Origin: Oikopleura dioica
Lineage: Eukaryota; Animalia; Chordata
Assembly (NCBI GenBank): GCA_907165135.1
Contig: OU015569.1
Coordinates: 8,928,001-8,992,000, forward strand
Length of the DNA: 64,000 nucleotides
Direction: 5' to 3'
Part shown: positions 1 to 12,351 of the stretch, one piece after another
Position numbering within the stretch: position 1 is the stretch's first letter
How the letters are laid out: every line of letters begins with the position of its first letter
Notes under the pieces: generated by a model
Databases searched by the model: none
Told to the model about the DNA's origin: nothing
Seen by the model: the letters and a program-made list of their open reading frames with translations, nothing else
Program-made: the position numbers and the translations under genes

Positions 1-154
1 ATAAACGCTTGAGTCTCCGAGACGAATCTAAAAATTTCTCTGTCTGCTCCGCCAATCAGCGCTCAAGGAAAAAATAAGCTAAAACAGATCTACTGAAAAG
101 AGCATTTCTTATTTTTTGTCCGGCCGTTCTACCAACATCCTAACAGACGCACAA

Positions 155-990
155 ATGCGAAGAGATAAGAGAGAAAACAAAGCTCAATCAAAAGGAACTC
201 GACCTGCGTTTATAGTTGCGGAGCGATCTGCACCCAAAGGGCTTGAAGGGGTAGTTTCTTTAACACTGACCTAAATTTTCTAATTCGCTCGGCTTTAGAT
301 CAAGAAGGAGAAGTCTTCGATCATCACTGCAATTAACGCCACAAACAATCGTGCAGCCCGCAAAGGAAAGCTACCAGCGGCCAACCAAATCTTCGAAAGT
401 AATCATCAAACACTCAGTGTCTGAGATTTACATCTTTTTTTCTTTTAGCTGGCAAGGAGAAGAGACGCTTCCGTAAATCGGCGACCAATGCTCCTTTGCT
501 TCGGACGAAGAGGATCTCATTGGCGCATGAAATCATGGTCAACAAATGGCTGATGGAAGAGCATGAAGTGAAAGAACTCAGCGATGCATTCCGGGATGAT
601 ACCTTGAAGCGAGAAAATCTTCTTAAAAAATACGCCGAGAATTTGGAGTGCTGTAGAAAAGAGAAGGAGCAGCAGGAGAGTCGTCAAATAGGGAGTTTCT
701 TCGAGGATGAAGCCAGTTCGGGCGAGTTGGATACTGACGAGCTTGCGAGTGATGACTTGAAGGAGGAAAAACAAGTTCGGAAGATTGTTGGTAAGTGTCC
801 GCTTACTTGTTGAAACATGATAACGACGGGAAACTCAGAGTCATTCACCAAGACGAATTCGAAGGTGGGCATGAACTGGCTCAAAGCGTACTACCGCAAT
901 GTCGTAGAGAAAAATGAGAAGAAAGAAACAGGACTCATTTTCAAAATCAACGAGTTACAAGAAGCGGTAATTCGATACGACCTATCGTGA
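155..990 (+). CDS. Uncharacterised basic/acidic protein of about 230 aa, 4 exons
   Basis: ATG at 155 after a taacag acceptor; GT-AG introns starting at 251, about 409 and about 791 join one open frame (MRRDKRENK...RISLAHEIMVNKW...NWLKAYYRN...YDLS*). No recognisable domain. Confidence 0.55.
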
Positions 991-1271
991 AGCCGAGTTT
1001 TTTGACTTCGACGGAGATTTAACTCAAATTTGTACTTTTTTTCTGTCCTTTAATTTTTTACTGCCGTCATCATTGCATTGCCCATCAACTGCTTACTTCA
1101 AGCTTTACGAGAAGAAGAATGACCAAAAGACAGATTATCAAACTATTTTGTATCAGCTATTTTGCCCATTGTGCCTTTTGTGCATGGATTTCGAGCGGGG
1201 GCAGCAACCGACGGGGCGCAACTCAGTTTTTGATTGGTTCCTTTTCTGAACTTCTGACCATCATATATACC

Positions 1272-1591
1272 TAGGGTCTCCGGACAAAAATTATCTTTCG
1301 ATCCTCAAGGGGTTTTTGGCATTTTTATGAGCTCTATCGATAGCTTAGAAGATACTGAGGAAGAATATGAAATAAAAAAGTAGGTGTATAATTTTGGAAG
1401 TTGGTCAAAAAAGGGATTGAAAATTCGTACTTTTTCACATTTTGGCATTTTTGACCAACTTCCGAAATTATACACCTACTTTTTTATTTCATATTCTTGC
1501 TTGAAATCATCTAAGCTATCCATAGAGCCGATAAAAATGTAAAAAAACCCTTGAGGATCAAAAGTTAGCATTTTTTCTACCGGAAACCCTA
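1272..1591. mobile_element. hAT-like MITE (320 bp foldback), intergenic
   Basis: Termini TAGGG...CCCTA; about 150 bp imperfect inverted arms; 8-bp direct repeat TATATACC at 1264-1271 and 1592-1599. Confidence 0.9.
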
Positions 1592-1882
1592 TATATACCA
1601 GTCATAATCGGACAAAGATAACAGAGAACTTGAAAGCAAAAAACGAAAGCCCGTGACGGCTTTCTTGCGTGCCCAACGGCCCGAAATTCTTCACCGCTTG
1701 TAACTGCGGTCGAAAATCCGGCCGAGTAGAGAAATTTGTTTTAGCCCAGAAAAGCTAGTTCTCACCCTCATACGCACACTTATGTTCATTCCCCATTTAC
1801 TGCCCTTAGATTATTGCTAAGAATATTTCATATGGCTGCTATAAATAACGCTCGTTTTTATTCCAGAAGTCGGGCTCTCGTA

Positions 1883-4800
1883 ATGGAGCGAATTCTTGCT
1901 CGTTTCGGTCTCAACGTGGTCGATGAAGATTGGATCAAGTCGACCTGGATGCAGCCACTTCAAGAGAGTCAATTTCACATGGATCTGCCAGAGCCAAATC
2001 TCAAAGATATGATAAGGCTCACTGATTTCCTCAAAGGGAACACGATCTCTGTAGAAGACGTCCCGAAAGAACTTCTTTCATATTTGGCCGTTGTTACAGG
2101 AACGGATACGATTTTGATATTAAGCAGAACTTAACTTCTTGAGATGAAGATTATAAATACGATCCATTACAAAGCCAAGTTAGCGGAATGGAACTCTCCC
2201 AGCGATGAGGACATAATCAGAGACGGGCCTGTTGTTTTACGCTCAATTGAAGCCTACTTGCGTTTGCTCTCCATCGAGAGAGCTGCGGCATTCAACATCT
2301 TTCACCCTCTTCTGTTCGAGCAGTCGTGGGTGATCTTACAAACTGTCATCACAAAAGAACACAGTGCGATCAAAAATCGCCGCAAAAAGCCTGATCACGA
2401 GACAATCATGCTTTCTGCCGTTGAAGATGTAATCGCTGTGCTTGGAGTTCTGTTTGAAAATTTTATTTTAACACGAGATCATGCAGACCGCGCCATATCT
2501 ACCTTCGCATATCTGATCAACTCCAGCGCAAGCCTCTTCTTGGAGACGTCCCCGATTTCCTTCATGCTCTATCATCTTCTCGGTCAGAACATTAAAACAG
2601 AAGTTTTTCCAATCTGTATCCGTATCCTGAATCACAAGCTGTTGCCCCTGAAGTCAAGCTCCATGAATCTGACTGAGCGAAGATGCTTCGATATCGTTTT
2701 GCACGCCTGTGAGATGGCAGGAAAGAGGAAGAATTCGTTCTTTTATGCCCTGATCAGAATATTGGTTTCTCAATCGCATGACAAAAACTCAACCCGAGAA
2801 GCGATAGACGAAGTGATGACCAAGTTTTTTCCTCTTTGCGATATTGAGACGCAACTCAAGATCATTAGTTTCATCAAGAAGAACATGGAGACGAAGAAAG
2901 TTAGCCAACGAGCGCTCAGTGTTGGTGTTTTGAAGAGGATCCTGTACCATATCCCGAGTCAGGAACTGCAGGAAAAAGTTGATGCAAGCATGCTCTTCAG
3001 TAAACTAGCGAGACGTTGCCGAGATTCGAATCACACGGTGGCCGCCCGAGCAATGTTCTCCCTCGCCGAACTTTTGGAAGGATGCATCTTGGGTCCGACA
3101 GATAGTCTTATGGCTCCTGGTGCTCTCCAACCGTCGTATCTGCGTCGCCTTTCCACAGCTACGGCGAACCGATTATCAGTTGCCACATCACAAGTATCTA
3201 CTACGAGTTCGAATATGACAACAAACTCCTTGTTCGGTATCCATCGATTTTCCGATCATGCTACGATGACTGAAGCCTCAAGAAGTACTCTACAGAAAAC
3301 CTTTTGTCTGGACTCCGACGGACTTTCAGTACTTCAGCAGATGCAGAACAGTAAATACCAGCTCGTAAGAAAAAGCGTTATACTGCTAACTAAAGCTTTG
3401 GTTATTCGGCAGTTTGCTAGTTGTGAAGAAAAAGTTTGGCAGATTTTTGCACGAGCGTGCCGCGACCCGCTGTTATCAGTTCGACAAGTCGCGGTCGCCG
3501 CATTTACGAATCTTATGAACGCGCTTGACACGTTCGATCACCCATCTGGCCTGAACAACTCGATGATGGAGTCGACGCGTAGTGAATTCCGACTAGATTG
3601 GCTTAACGTCATGCTCGATGCGTTGGAAGATCCCGAGAGAGCCGTCAAGGAAGTAGCCTTTAATGGGCTCTATCTGAACTTCATCACGGTAATTATCGAG
3701 ACGGGAAATCACGAGATGTGGAATTGCTTGGACTTGGTTAGCGGGAATATGTACGAACCGTTGAAGAATAATTTGATTGCTCTCTTCGAACAAGCGAAGT
3801 CTGACGAGAAAGTGTCTTCTTTTGTGCCACTAGCGAAAAATGCTATGCGCAGATTAGAAATACAAGACGGAGAGTCAGGAGCATGTTGGATTCTATTGAA
3901 GGTCATCTACCAACTGGAAAAAGACTCAATCGCCGTGATGGATGTTTTGACGGTGTTCAAAGAACACATTGAACATTTGATGAAGGATGCAGCTTGTGTT
4001 AGCGCTGTCGCCTTCGAATTGGTCATCGAGCTTGCAGAAAACGAGTTGGGTGAAAATATGCGTCAAGATCTTCTTGATTTTGTGAGCTCCATCCTCAAGA
4101 TCCTCTGTCCCAAAAATCTGAACGTCATTGAACCTCTTACACGTCTCATCCGTATATGTGCTGGCGATGGGCTCAAAGATTGGCTTTCTGGGAGATTTTC
4201 TATTCGCGAGATGGCCCGTAGAGTCAACAAAGTTGGTGATGAAAGTTTGGACCCGTTCGACTACATGTCCAACTGTGGCACTCTCATAATCACTGTTCTC
4301 TTCTACTCCGAGTTTTTAGAGATCACACCAGCTGATGACCGCGATGAGTTTGCCCAATATTTGAACATGGTTTTCTTCAAGGATTTTAAAGGTGTTCTTA
4401 ACACTCCGCTGCCTACGGAGCTGATGACCGCTCTGATTCACGTTCTCGGCAATTTGTGCATTCGAAGAGGGAAGAACAGCGAAGATTTGGTGCGCATCTT
4501 TATCTATTCGCTTTCTGATCGCGCCAACTGCGCGTCAATCAGAATCGTCGCGCTTTCAATCGTAGCCGACCTTTGCGTTGTAAAAACTCACTTGGTAGAT
4601 CGCTTCATGGACATTCTCGCCGCATTACTAGAAGATAATGATGAAACGGTGCAAATTGCTACGATGCAGCATTTGACAAATTTGCTCAAAAAGGATTTCA
4701 TCCGAATGGTGACAAATAGACATCAAAGTTGAATGTTAAAATTATTTTAAGAAACCTTCAATTCTCACTCGGATGTTGATCCTCGCTGCTGATCCCGAGC

Positions 4801-6092
4801 CTAGATCAAAGATCGTCCATCAAAAGGCTTCCTTTTGCTTGCGACAGGTTTTGAAGCCAAGAAACCCGAAAATTTTCCAAGAGAACTTTATCGCAGTCAT
4901 GATTCTTTCTACTGGAGCGTTTTCGATTGACCCGTCTCACGATAGACGATTGCAGATCAGCACACAGACGCAGAGAAGCACTACCTTCGAAACTGGCGCT
5001 TTTCCGGGAATTGAAGGCCGAGCAAGACGCATGCAAATCTACACCTTCTGTATTTGTAACATGGTGAGTCCTTCCAATTCATTTCACCTCTTAAAAGCTT
5101 TTTAGTCGGAAGAGCAACGCTTGACTGTTTTTTGCAATATTACCAATTTGGTTCTCGCAATCCCTCTCCTGCGCAAAGTTGATATCACCAGTGTAGAGAT
5201 GACTGAAGTATTCTTTGATGCTCTTCATCTTCTTTATCGCCATCAAATGCTCCAGTTCCAGCTTGTTGGCCCCAAGAATGCCAGGTAAGAACACCTTATC
5301 TATATTTTTATATTAAAGCGTTTTAAGAAATGCAGAACAAGACCATTTCGACGATGAGCCTTTGCGCAAAGAGGGTATGAAGAGGGCAGCTTTCCTTGAA
5401 ACGTGTGCTAAGACAAGAATACAGTTCATCACGAAGCAGACCTTCCCCATCCTGGTTGACCTTCGAAATGAACTAAAGACTGTCCGTTCCCCGTTACTCC
5501 CAACGATCGGAAAACTCTGCCAGGCTTGGTTGAAGGAGATTCCCGGGTTGAAGGAGTCAGATATTATGTACAGGAATCTTCAAGTAAGCGTTCGTATATT
5601 TTTCAGATTATAAATGCGGTTAAGGATGACCTGTCCGAGGAGTGTGCTCTCTGGGCAAACGATGATAATCCCATTCCAGCCCCAGCTCGAGAAGATGCTC
5701 CAGGCACACCTGCTACGCCGATTCGCAAGAAAAGCAAGCGGAGTGGAATTAACCAAAATGTATCTATTTCTGAGCAAGTGGCCGAAATTTTCTCCGACTC
5801 CGAACCCGAATCCGATGCAAATATCGAAAATACTTCGTCCAACATGACGGTTCTTGAAAAGTCCGTGTTGCAAATAGAAAAAACTCTCGGCTCCGGAGAG
5901 GAACAGGAAAGGTAAACTCGTTAGAATGCGTTTATGTTTGATCGTTGCGCTTTCAGCTTGCTTTCACCAGCGCAGCAAAATATGAATCGACGACGAAGTC
6001 GCAGATCATCTCTTGCTGCTCTTTCGTCCAACTTGACTCCGATTCGCCGAGCCAATCCAGATCACGAGGCGACTCACATGACGCCAAAATGA
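1883..6092 (+). CDS. NCAPD3: Condensin-2 complex subunit D3 (HEAT repeat)
   Basis: N-term FGLNVVDEDWIKSTW; Cnd1-type C-terminal region IRIVALSIVADLCVVKTHLVDRF...LTNLLKKDFIRM, RNPKIFQENF, SEEQRLTVF; short GT-AG introns; stop at 6090-6092. Confidence 0.88.
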
Positions 6093-6445
6093 AGTGGAAG
6101 AAGAATTTTGTACACTTCACTTTTATCACAAACTTCACCTTACTTTCACATTCCACTATTTTTGACTGCCATATTAAAAGTCTTTATTATCACTCATGCC
6201 TTTTAAAATTTCCAAAAGCAGTCAGCGCTTGTGGTGATTTTAAGCTTGTTGTGTTGCTTTGTGTAGAAATAATAGAAACTGTACTTTTCAACGTGAAATC
6301 AAGAAAATTATTTTAATTAAACTAAATCATTTCCGCGAAGCTTACGGGGTAGAATTTGAGACTATTTAGCGCGCAATCATTCTTCATTACTTAAAGTGAA
6401 CCCCTTGGTAGATAGATTTATTGAGTCCGAATTTAAAAAAGAGAT

Positions 6446-7700
6446 ATGAGAATCAGTGCATTGATACTAGCTACGATCGACGCCAAGGTACTTTAGCTTC
6501 TATGCCGACGTGTTTATCGAAGTCTCTTCGTTAGGGAAACTGTGACTGGAAGAAGTGGTCAAGTTGGTCTTCCTGTCGAACAGGACCAACACGTTGTGCT
6601 GGTGCACAAACCCGAATTCGCTTTTGCAACGGGCCGATAGCTTGTTGTAAAGGGAAATCCACAGACTATAGAACTTGTATAACTCCCGAGCCAGCTTGTC
6701 AGCGTAAAATATGTTCCCCCTGGTCGAACTGTTGTCCCTCGGAGAACGCTCCCGGTGAGTATTATCAGGAGAGGTCATGCTCGCGCGCGGGAGCCATCGA
6801 TAGATACAAGACAGCTTCCCTCGAGCAGAAAGAATGCGAGATTGAAGAAGAATGGAGCACTTGGTCTCAGTGTTCTGTTAGTTGTGGAACTGGGATACAG
6901 TTAAGGCAAGTATTTTTCTTGTAAAAGAGTCCTTCTAACAGTTTGAAAAGAGAACGCCAACTGCCTGGATGTGTCAATGGCACCGAGGTCGAAGATCAAG
7001 AGTGCTTTGCAGGGGCCTGCTTGAAAAGCTCTGTGTCCCGAGTTAGCGACACGAACTGTGACGTAATTAAGCAAGACACTTTGCTAAAGCTGCAATTGAT
7101 GATGATCGAAAACTGCGCTCCGTATCAATGGTCGAAGTGGTCGGATTGCACTAATAAATGCTCCGGACGACGAAGTAGAACAGCTCTTAGCCACGAAACT
7201 GAAACCATTCAGTATGAGTGGTGCCACAAGCTCAACAGCTGCCAAAAGATGGATTGCAACGGTACGTGCCTAAAATATTCTCTAATTTACTCGCAGCTTC
7301 AGAAATTTGGCAAGGATGGTCCGCATGGCAGATAACAGATATAAGTGGTATCCAGACGCGATTCCGAACAAACGACTGCAATGATAGCGACTTTGACTAT
7401 AGAAATACTGATCCCGGTAAAATTCTGTACAATTTTAAATTCTAAATAACTGTCAGTGAATTCTTACGTCGAATCTACAAAAACAACTCCGTTGCCGACG
7501 CAAATGAGTCAAACAATAAGTTTGTCTCTCTTCGATCCACGAGGCACTGAAGCTCCAGAAAGACGTTTTCCGTCCTATATTCCTGATTTTGATCCTGGTA
7601 AGCATTTTCTTTCTTGGAAAGTTAGCATCATTTTCTAGTTATCTCTTCCGATGACACCATTCCACAGGCGGGGAATTTTCTTCCCTACCCTGAGCAATAG
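6446..7700 (+). CDS. Secreted thrombospondin type-1 repeat protein
   Basis: Signal-like MRISALILATIDAK; repeated WxxWSxC motifs (WKKWSSWSSC, WSTWSQCSVSCGTG, WSKWSDC, WQGWSAW); Pro/Thr tail; end coordinate approximate. Confidence 0.75.
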
Positions 7701-7808
7701 ATGATTGTTGATTTACTGTGATGTTCATACTGCCTTTACCTCTCGAAATAAACTCAAAACTTTCCTTTTTTACACTTTTACTCGGTATGAAGTCATTTCA
7801 TTTTAAGA

Positions 7809-8186
7809 ATGTCAAAAAAAGAAAAGCTAGATCTTTTGGATGGGATAGTCCAAAAGACGGTCGCTCTTGAAAACTTTGACAAAAGGGCCGAAGATTGGGA
7901 GCAAAAAGTCAAAGAATGGGGTGATAAAAACCTGAAGGATATGCGAAAAAATTACAAAGACGAAAAGATCCCAAAGGAAGAACTCGATAACTACAACAAA
8001 TTATTTGCGGAGATGAAAAACCAAAAGCAAACTAAGATTACCGAAGACCGAAAGAAATTGTCATCATCCCTAGAGCCTCGGACTTTAAAGTTATTGTACT
8101 CTTGTTTGAAAGAATTTGCAATTGGCAGTAACAACTGTTACTTGATTGTGGCATTGTTAGTTACAACTTCCAAAAACCAAAAGTAA
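7809..8186 (+). CDS. Small Lys/Glu-rich hypothetical protein (125 aa)
   Basis: ATG directly after a ttttaag acceptor; helical charged ORF; no homology recognised. Confidence 0.45.
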   Translation: MSKKEKLDLLDGIVQKTVALENFDKRAEDWEQKVKEWGDKNLKDMRKNYKDEKIPKEELDNYNKLFAEMKNQKQTKITEDRKKLSSSLEPRTLKLLYSCLKEFAIGSNNCYLIVALLVTTSKNQK

Positions 8187-8351
8187 ACCCGAGTGAAAGA
8201 AATTGCATGACCTCGCGCGTAAATTTTGAACTCGTCGGAGATTTTTCAAAACTTTCGCCCCTATCAAAATAATCCTTTCACTGCCTCTCCCCTGCTCTGA
8301 GTAGGCTATTTATTCCTTTTTAACTTTGTTTATGAATAAATTAACCAAGAT

Positions 8352-9723
8352 ATGTTGAAATTGGCTTCTCGACTGAGCAGATGTGTTCTTCTCCGTAACC
8401 AGCACGCATTCGTTCAAGGCTACTCTTCTTTCAACACAACTGCCTCGTGGTGCGATAATTCCAGCGATCAAGACTCAAATGAAGTCCAAGATCTTATTTT
8501 CAAAGTAATTCCTGACTATATTAACATCTTATGTAAGTTTTTCCAGGTCGATGAAATCGAAACCGAAGCCAAGCCAGTTCTTGCCTGTGTTAGTGACCTC
8601 ATGAAAACGTCGAAAGTAGAATACCTCGAAAGTAATCTACCAATTCAACTTCGTATGGGAGTCGATTTCGAAACGAACAAAGACAAGATCAAAAAACGCT
8701 TCAACAAATTCCAAATTCGCCACGTGATCGATATGGATAATGGTGGACGTAATGCACGCATAATAGTTGTGTGCGATCCGTCGGAGACGGCGGCTGCACT
8801 CGAGTTCGGAGCACTGTTGGCCGGATCTAGCAGTGAGTTAACGCACTTCCCATTCTATCGATTACTTTCTTTTCAGAAATGATGCTCGACTTTGTGTATG
8901 AAAAGCCAGAAGTTGATTACTGCTTCTGTTTGGAGAACCAATTCGAAGTCTTCAGAAGAAACGACACATTCAAAACAACACTCCAAAAGATGGCTGTAGA
9001 TATTCCTGGTAATTTGATCGTTTGCAGACTCTGTCCTTTTATATTACGAGTCCAAAGTGCACACAATACTCACGCTATCACTGCGTGTCGTATTTATTTG
9101 AACAAGTAACATGTACTCTAACGCTCTCGGGTTAAATTCCAAGGAGTTTGGATTTTGACAGTGGGCGGAATTTCCTTGCTTCATTCCATAGTTCACGCGG
9201 GCAATTCTCATTTTAGTTGTTCTGAACGAGAAAAAGGGCAAGTTCAACGAATATGTGATCAACGATTTGGATGTGATCCAGGTAACTCAGACAATTATAT
9301 ACAAAGAGACGGGTCTACTTTAGCTTCTATTTTATTATTCGACATTTGTAACTCAGACTTATGCTCTTGTAGAAATTCAATAAGCCACTTCTTTGTGGTT
9401 CGAAAGAAGATTTTGGCGTTGTGGTCGGTGACATGTCAATGAGTGAAGAAAAACTTATAGAGAACATTCAAATCGTTACTGACAAGCTATCTAAATTATT
9501 TGGTTTCGCGATGACGAAGCAAGGCAAATCCGCTGACAAGGATAGACTATTTTTGAAGGTGAGTTTTATGAGTTGCGCGGTTGAACATGGGTCGATAAAT
9601 TTTATATCTTTCACGAGAGACTTTATGAACCGCTATGGTGCCCCTATATTTCGAAAGATCGATTCGGAACAGCTAAAGTTTATAGAAAAAAGTACAGCTC
9701 ATGGGCGGGGCTCATCAGAGTAA
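8352..9723 (+). CDS. MRPL1: Mitochondrial ribosomal protein uL1m
   Basis: Transit-peptide-like N-term; RIIVVCDPSETAAALEFGALLAG and VVGDMSMSEEKLIENIQIV match uL1 motifs; last exon boundary uncertain. Confidence 0.75.
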
Positions 9724-9922
9724 GGTTAACATGACCCGCGGTCCTGCGGCATGTCGCCAAAACATAAAGGCCTTCCCACATTATCAGAATTTCCTGCTTA
9801 AACTAATGAGTTACCATTGTGAACATCTTTTTAGAACGCGAGATTACAAGTCGCCGGCTTAGAAGACTTCAACATCGAATGCGCTGATAATAAGCCTGAA
9901 CTTATCTTTTAGCGAATCTTGA

Positions 9923-10831
<909 letters not shown>

Positions 10832-11671
10832 ACGTAACCCTTCATCGAAGTGGAAGGTTACTTCTTTTTATTATCAACCTTCTACCCCAACTGACCAATT
10901 TGTGACATCTAAGATCGAAAGTTGCTACTCTGTTAAAATTATTCTCTTATAAACTCCGATTAGTCTTGCAGTTGTCAACACTCGGGCAGAAATGCAATCT
11001 ATTCTTCTTATGTGTTAGTGCCAAGACCGAAAGCTATACCATATGGCTTGAACTTTGTTCTATATCGCTCATTTTACTTCCAATTCTAACTGCAATCAAA
11101 AATATAATTCACCAGCAGTGTTCATTTTTTCAAGACTCTTTGCAAGCATGCTGACTTCTCTTGGAGGACTAATTAGATAACCTTAGGCTAATTTCAAATT
11201 ATCATGGTTGATTTCGTTGGACTGATTTGGACAATCTCTATTTAGTTACGGCAGGAGTAGTCGCACTTGAAGTAGGGAAAAATGACAGAAAGCGGGCATA
11301 TTACTCATAAGGATTTTATATCGCTCTAGTATTTTTAAATAGCTATCTTTATCAAATAGGTGTGTTACTCCAGCAAAGAATCGTTCAGGTTGTTAGATAC
11401 AACCGCTGTTCAGTTCAGCAAGTACTGTACTGCTACTAATGTTCACCTTTGCCTAAGTTCTCAAAAAAAAAACTATATTTTCTCGGACCATGACCTGGAC
11501 TCGTTGACCTCTGTTAGGATTTTTCAATTTCTCCACTTATTTTCCTGGTTTCTCGTCTCGATTAACCCCTGCAATCTTAAATATATATATACACTGGTTT
11601 CATCGCCCTTGATACGCGCTAGGAAATCAAGGAAGAGAATATTTTTGAAACGAATAAAATCTATTTCAGAA

Positions 11672-12308
11672 ATGCGTTTCACAGCAGTAAAGTGTCTCCA
11701 AGCGCCAAAACTACCAAATCATTGGCGGCCTCTAACGCCTCGCGAAATCGTGACTTTTCCAAGATATCCTCAAACTTTTCCAGAATCCATGACTTTCTAC
11801 GGCGTTAACGCCATCGAGCTCACAACACAAAAGCCAGACTACAAGTTCGTTTCAAAAGTGGAATCAGTTTTAACTCCATGGCGAAAGAATTCATTCCATC
11901 ATAAAAAACTTTGGGTAAATTTTTGTTATTCAGAATTCATAGCAATCTATTTTTAGAAAGCTCTCTATGCGCAGCCAGCGCAAGACTCCAATTTGAAGGT
12001 TGATTTCAAAACAACTGTCGCTCATAATAAAACGGTAAGTTGGTTGAAGATGTATTGTTTTAGATCGCCTCTATTGGGAATGAAGCGGATCTAACACGAT
12101 AATGAGCACTTAAGAAAAGTTAATTACACAAGTCTTAATAGACTTTTATATTCAGGACGAGCCATTCACGAAAATCACATTTGACGATGATTCCAGTTTG
12201 ACACTGAAAGCAGAAAACTTGGAATTCAACTATATGATGTATATTGTAATTAGAGAACTTGCGGAAAGAACGATGAGAGCGGCTTCTCTTGAAGATCCAA
12301 AAATTTAA
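11672..12308 (+). CDS. MRPL53: Mitochondrial ribosomal protein mL53-like
   Basis: Spliced product VSKVESVLTPW...DSNLKVDFKTTVAHNKTDEPFTKITFDDDSSLTLKAENL matches the mL53 pattern; ATG follows a tttcag acceptor. Confidence 0.7.
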
Positions 12309-12340
12309 ATAAATTATATTTTTGCTCAAATCAGTTGAAA

Positions 12341-12350
12341 ATATATTTAG
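12341..12350 (+). promoter_or_regulatory. Putative SL trans-splice acceptor in the 43-bp MRPL53-ACAP spacer
   Basis: atatatttag lies 1 nt before the ACAP ATG with no matching upstream donor; similar sites precede NCAPD3, MRPL53, NSUN5 and IFT46. Confidence 0.55.
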
Positions 12351-12351
12351 A

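Noticed and set aside
6421-6430. TTGAGTCCGA resembling part of the Oikopleura spliced leader as I recall it
   Set aside because: Only 10 nt, flanks do not match, and no SL RNA donor or Sm site follows; compatible with chance.
9282-9358. GTAACTCAGAC repeated twice in an MRPL1 intron, as a possible TSD
   Set aside because: No TIR between the copies; more likely a small local duplication of the donor region.
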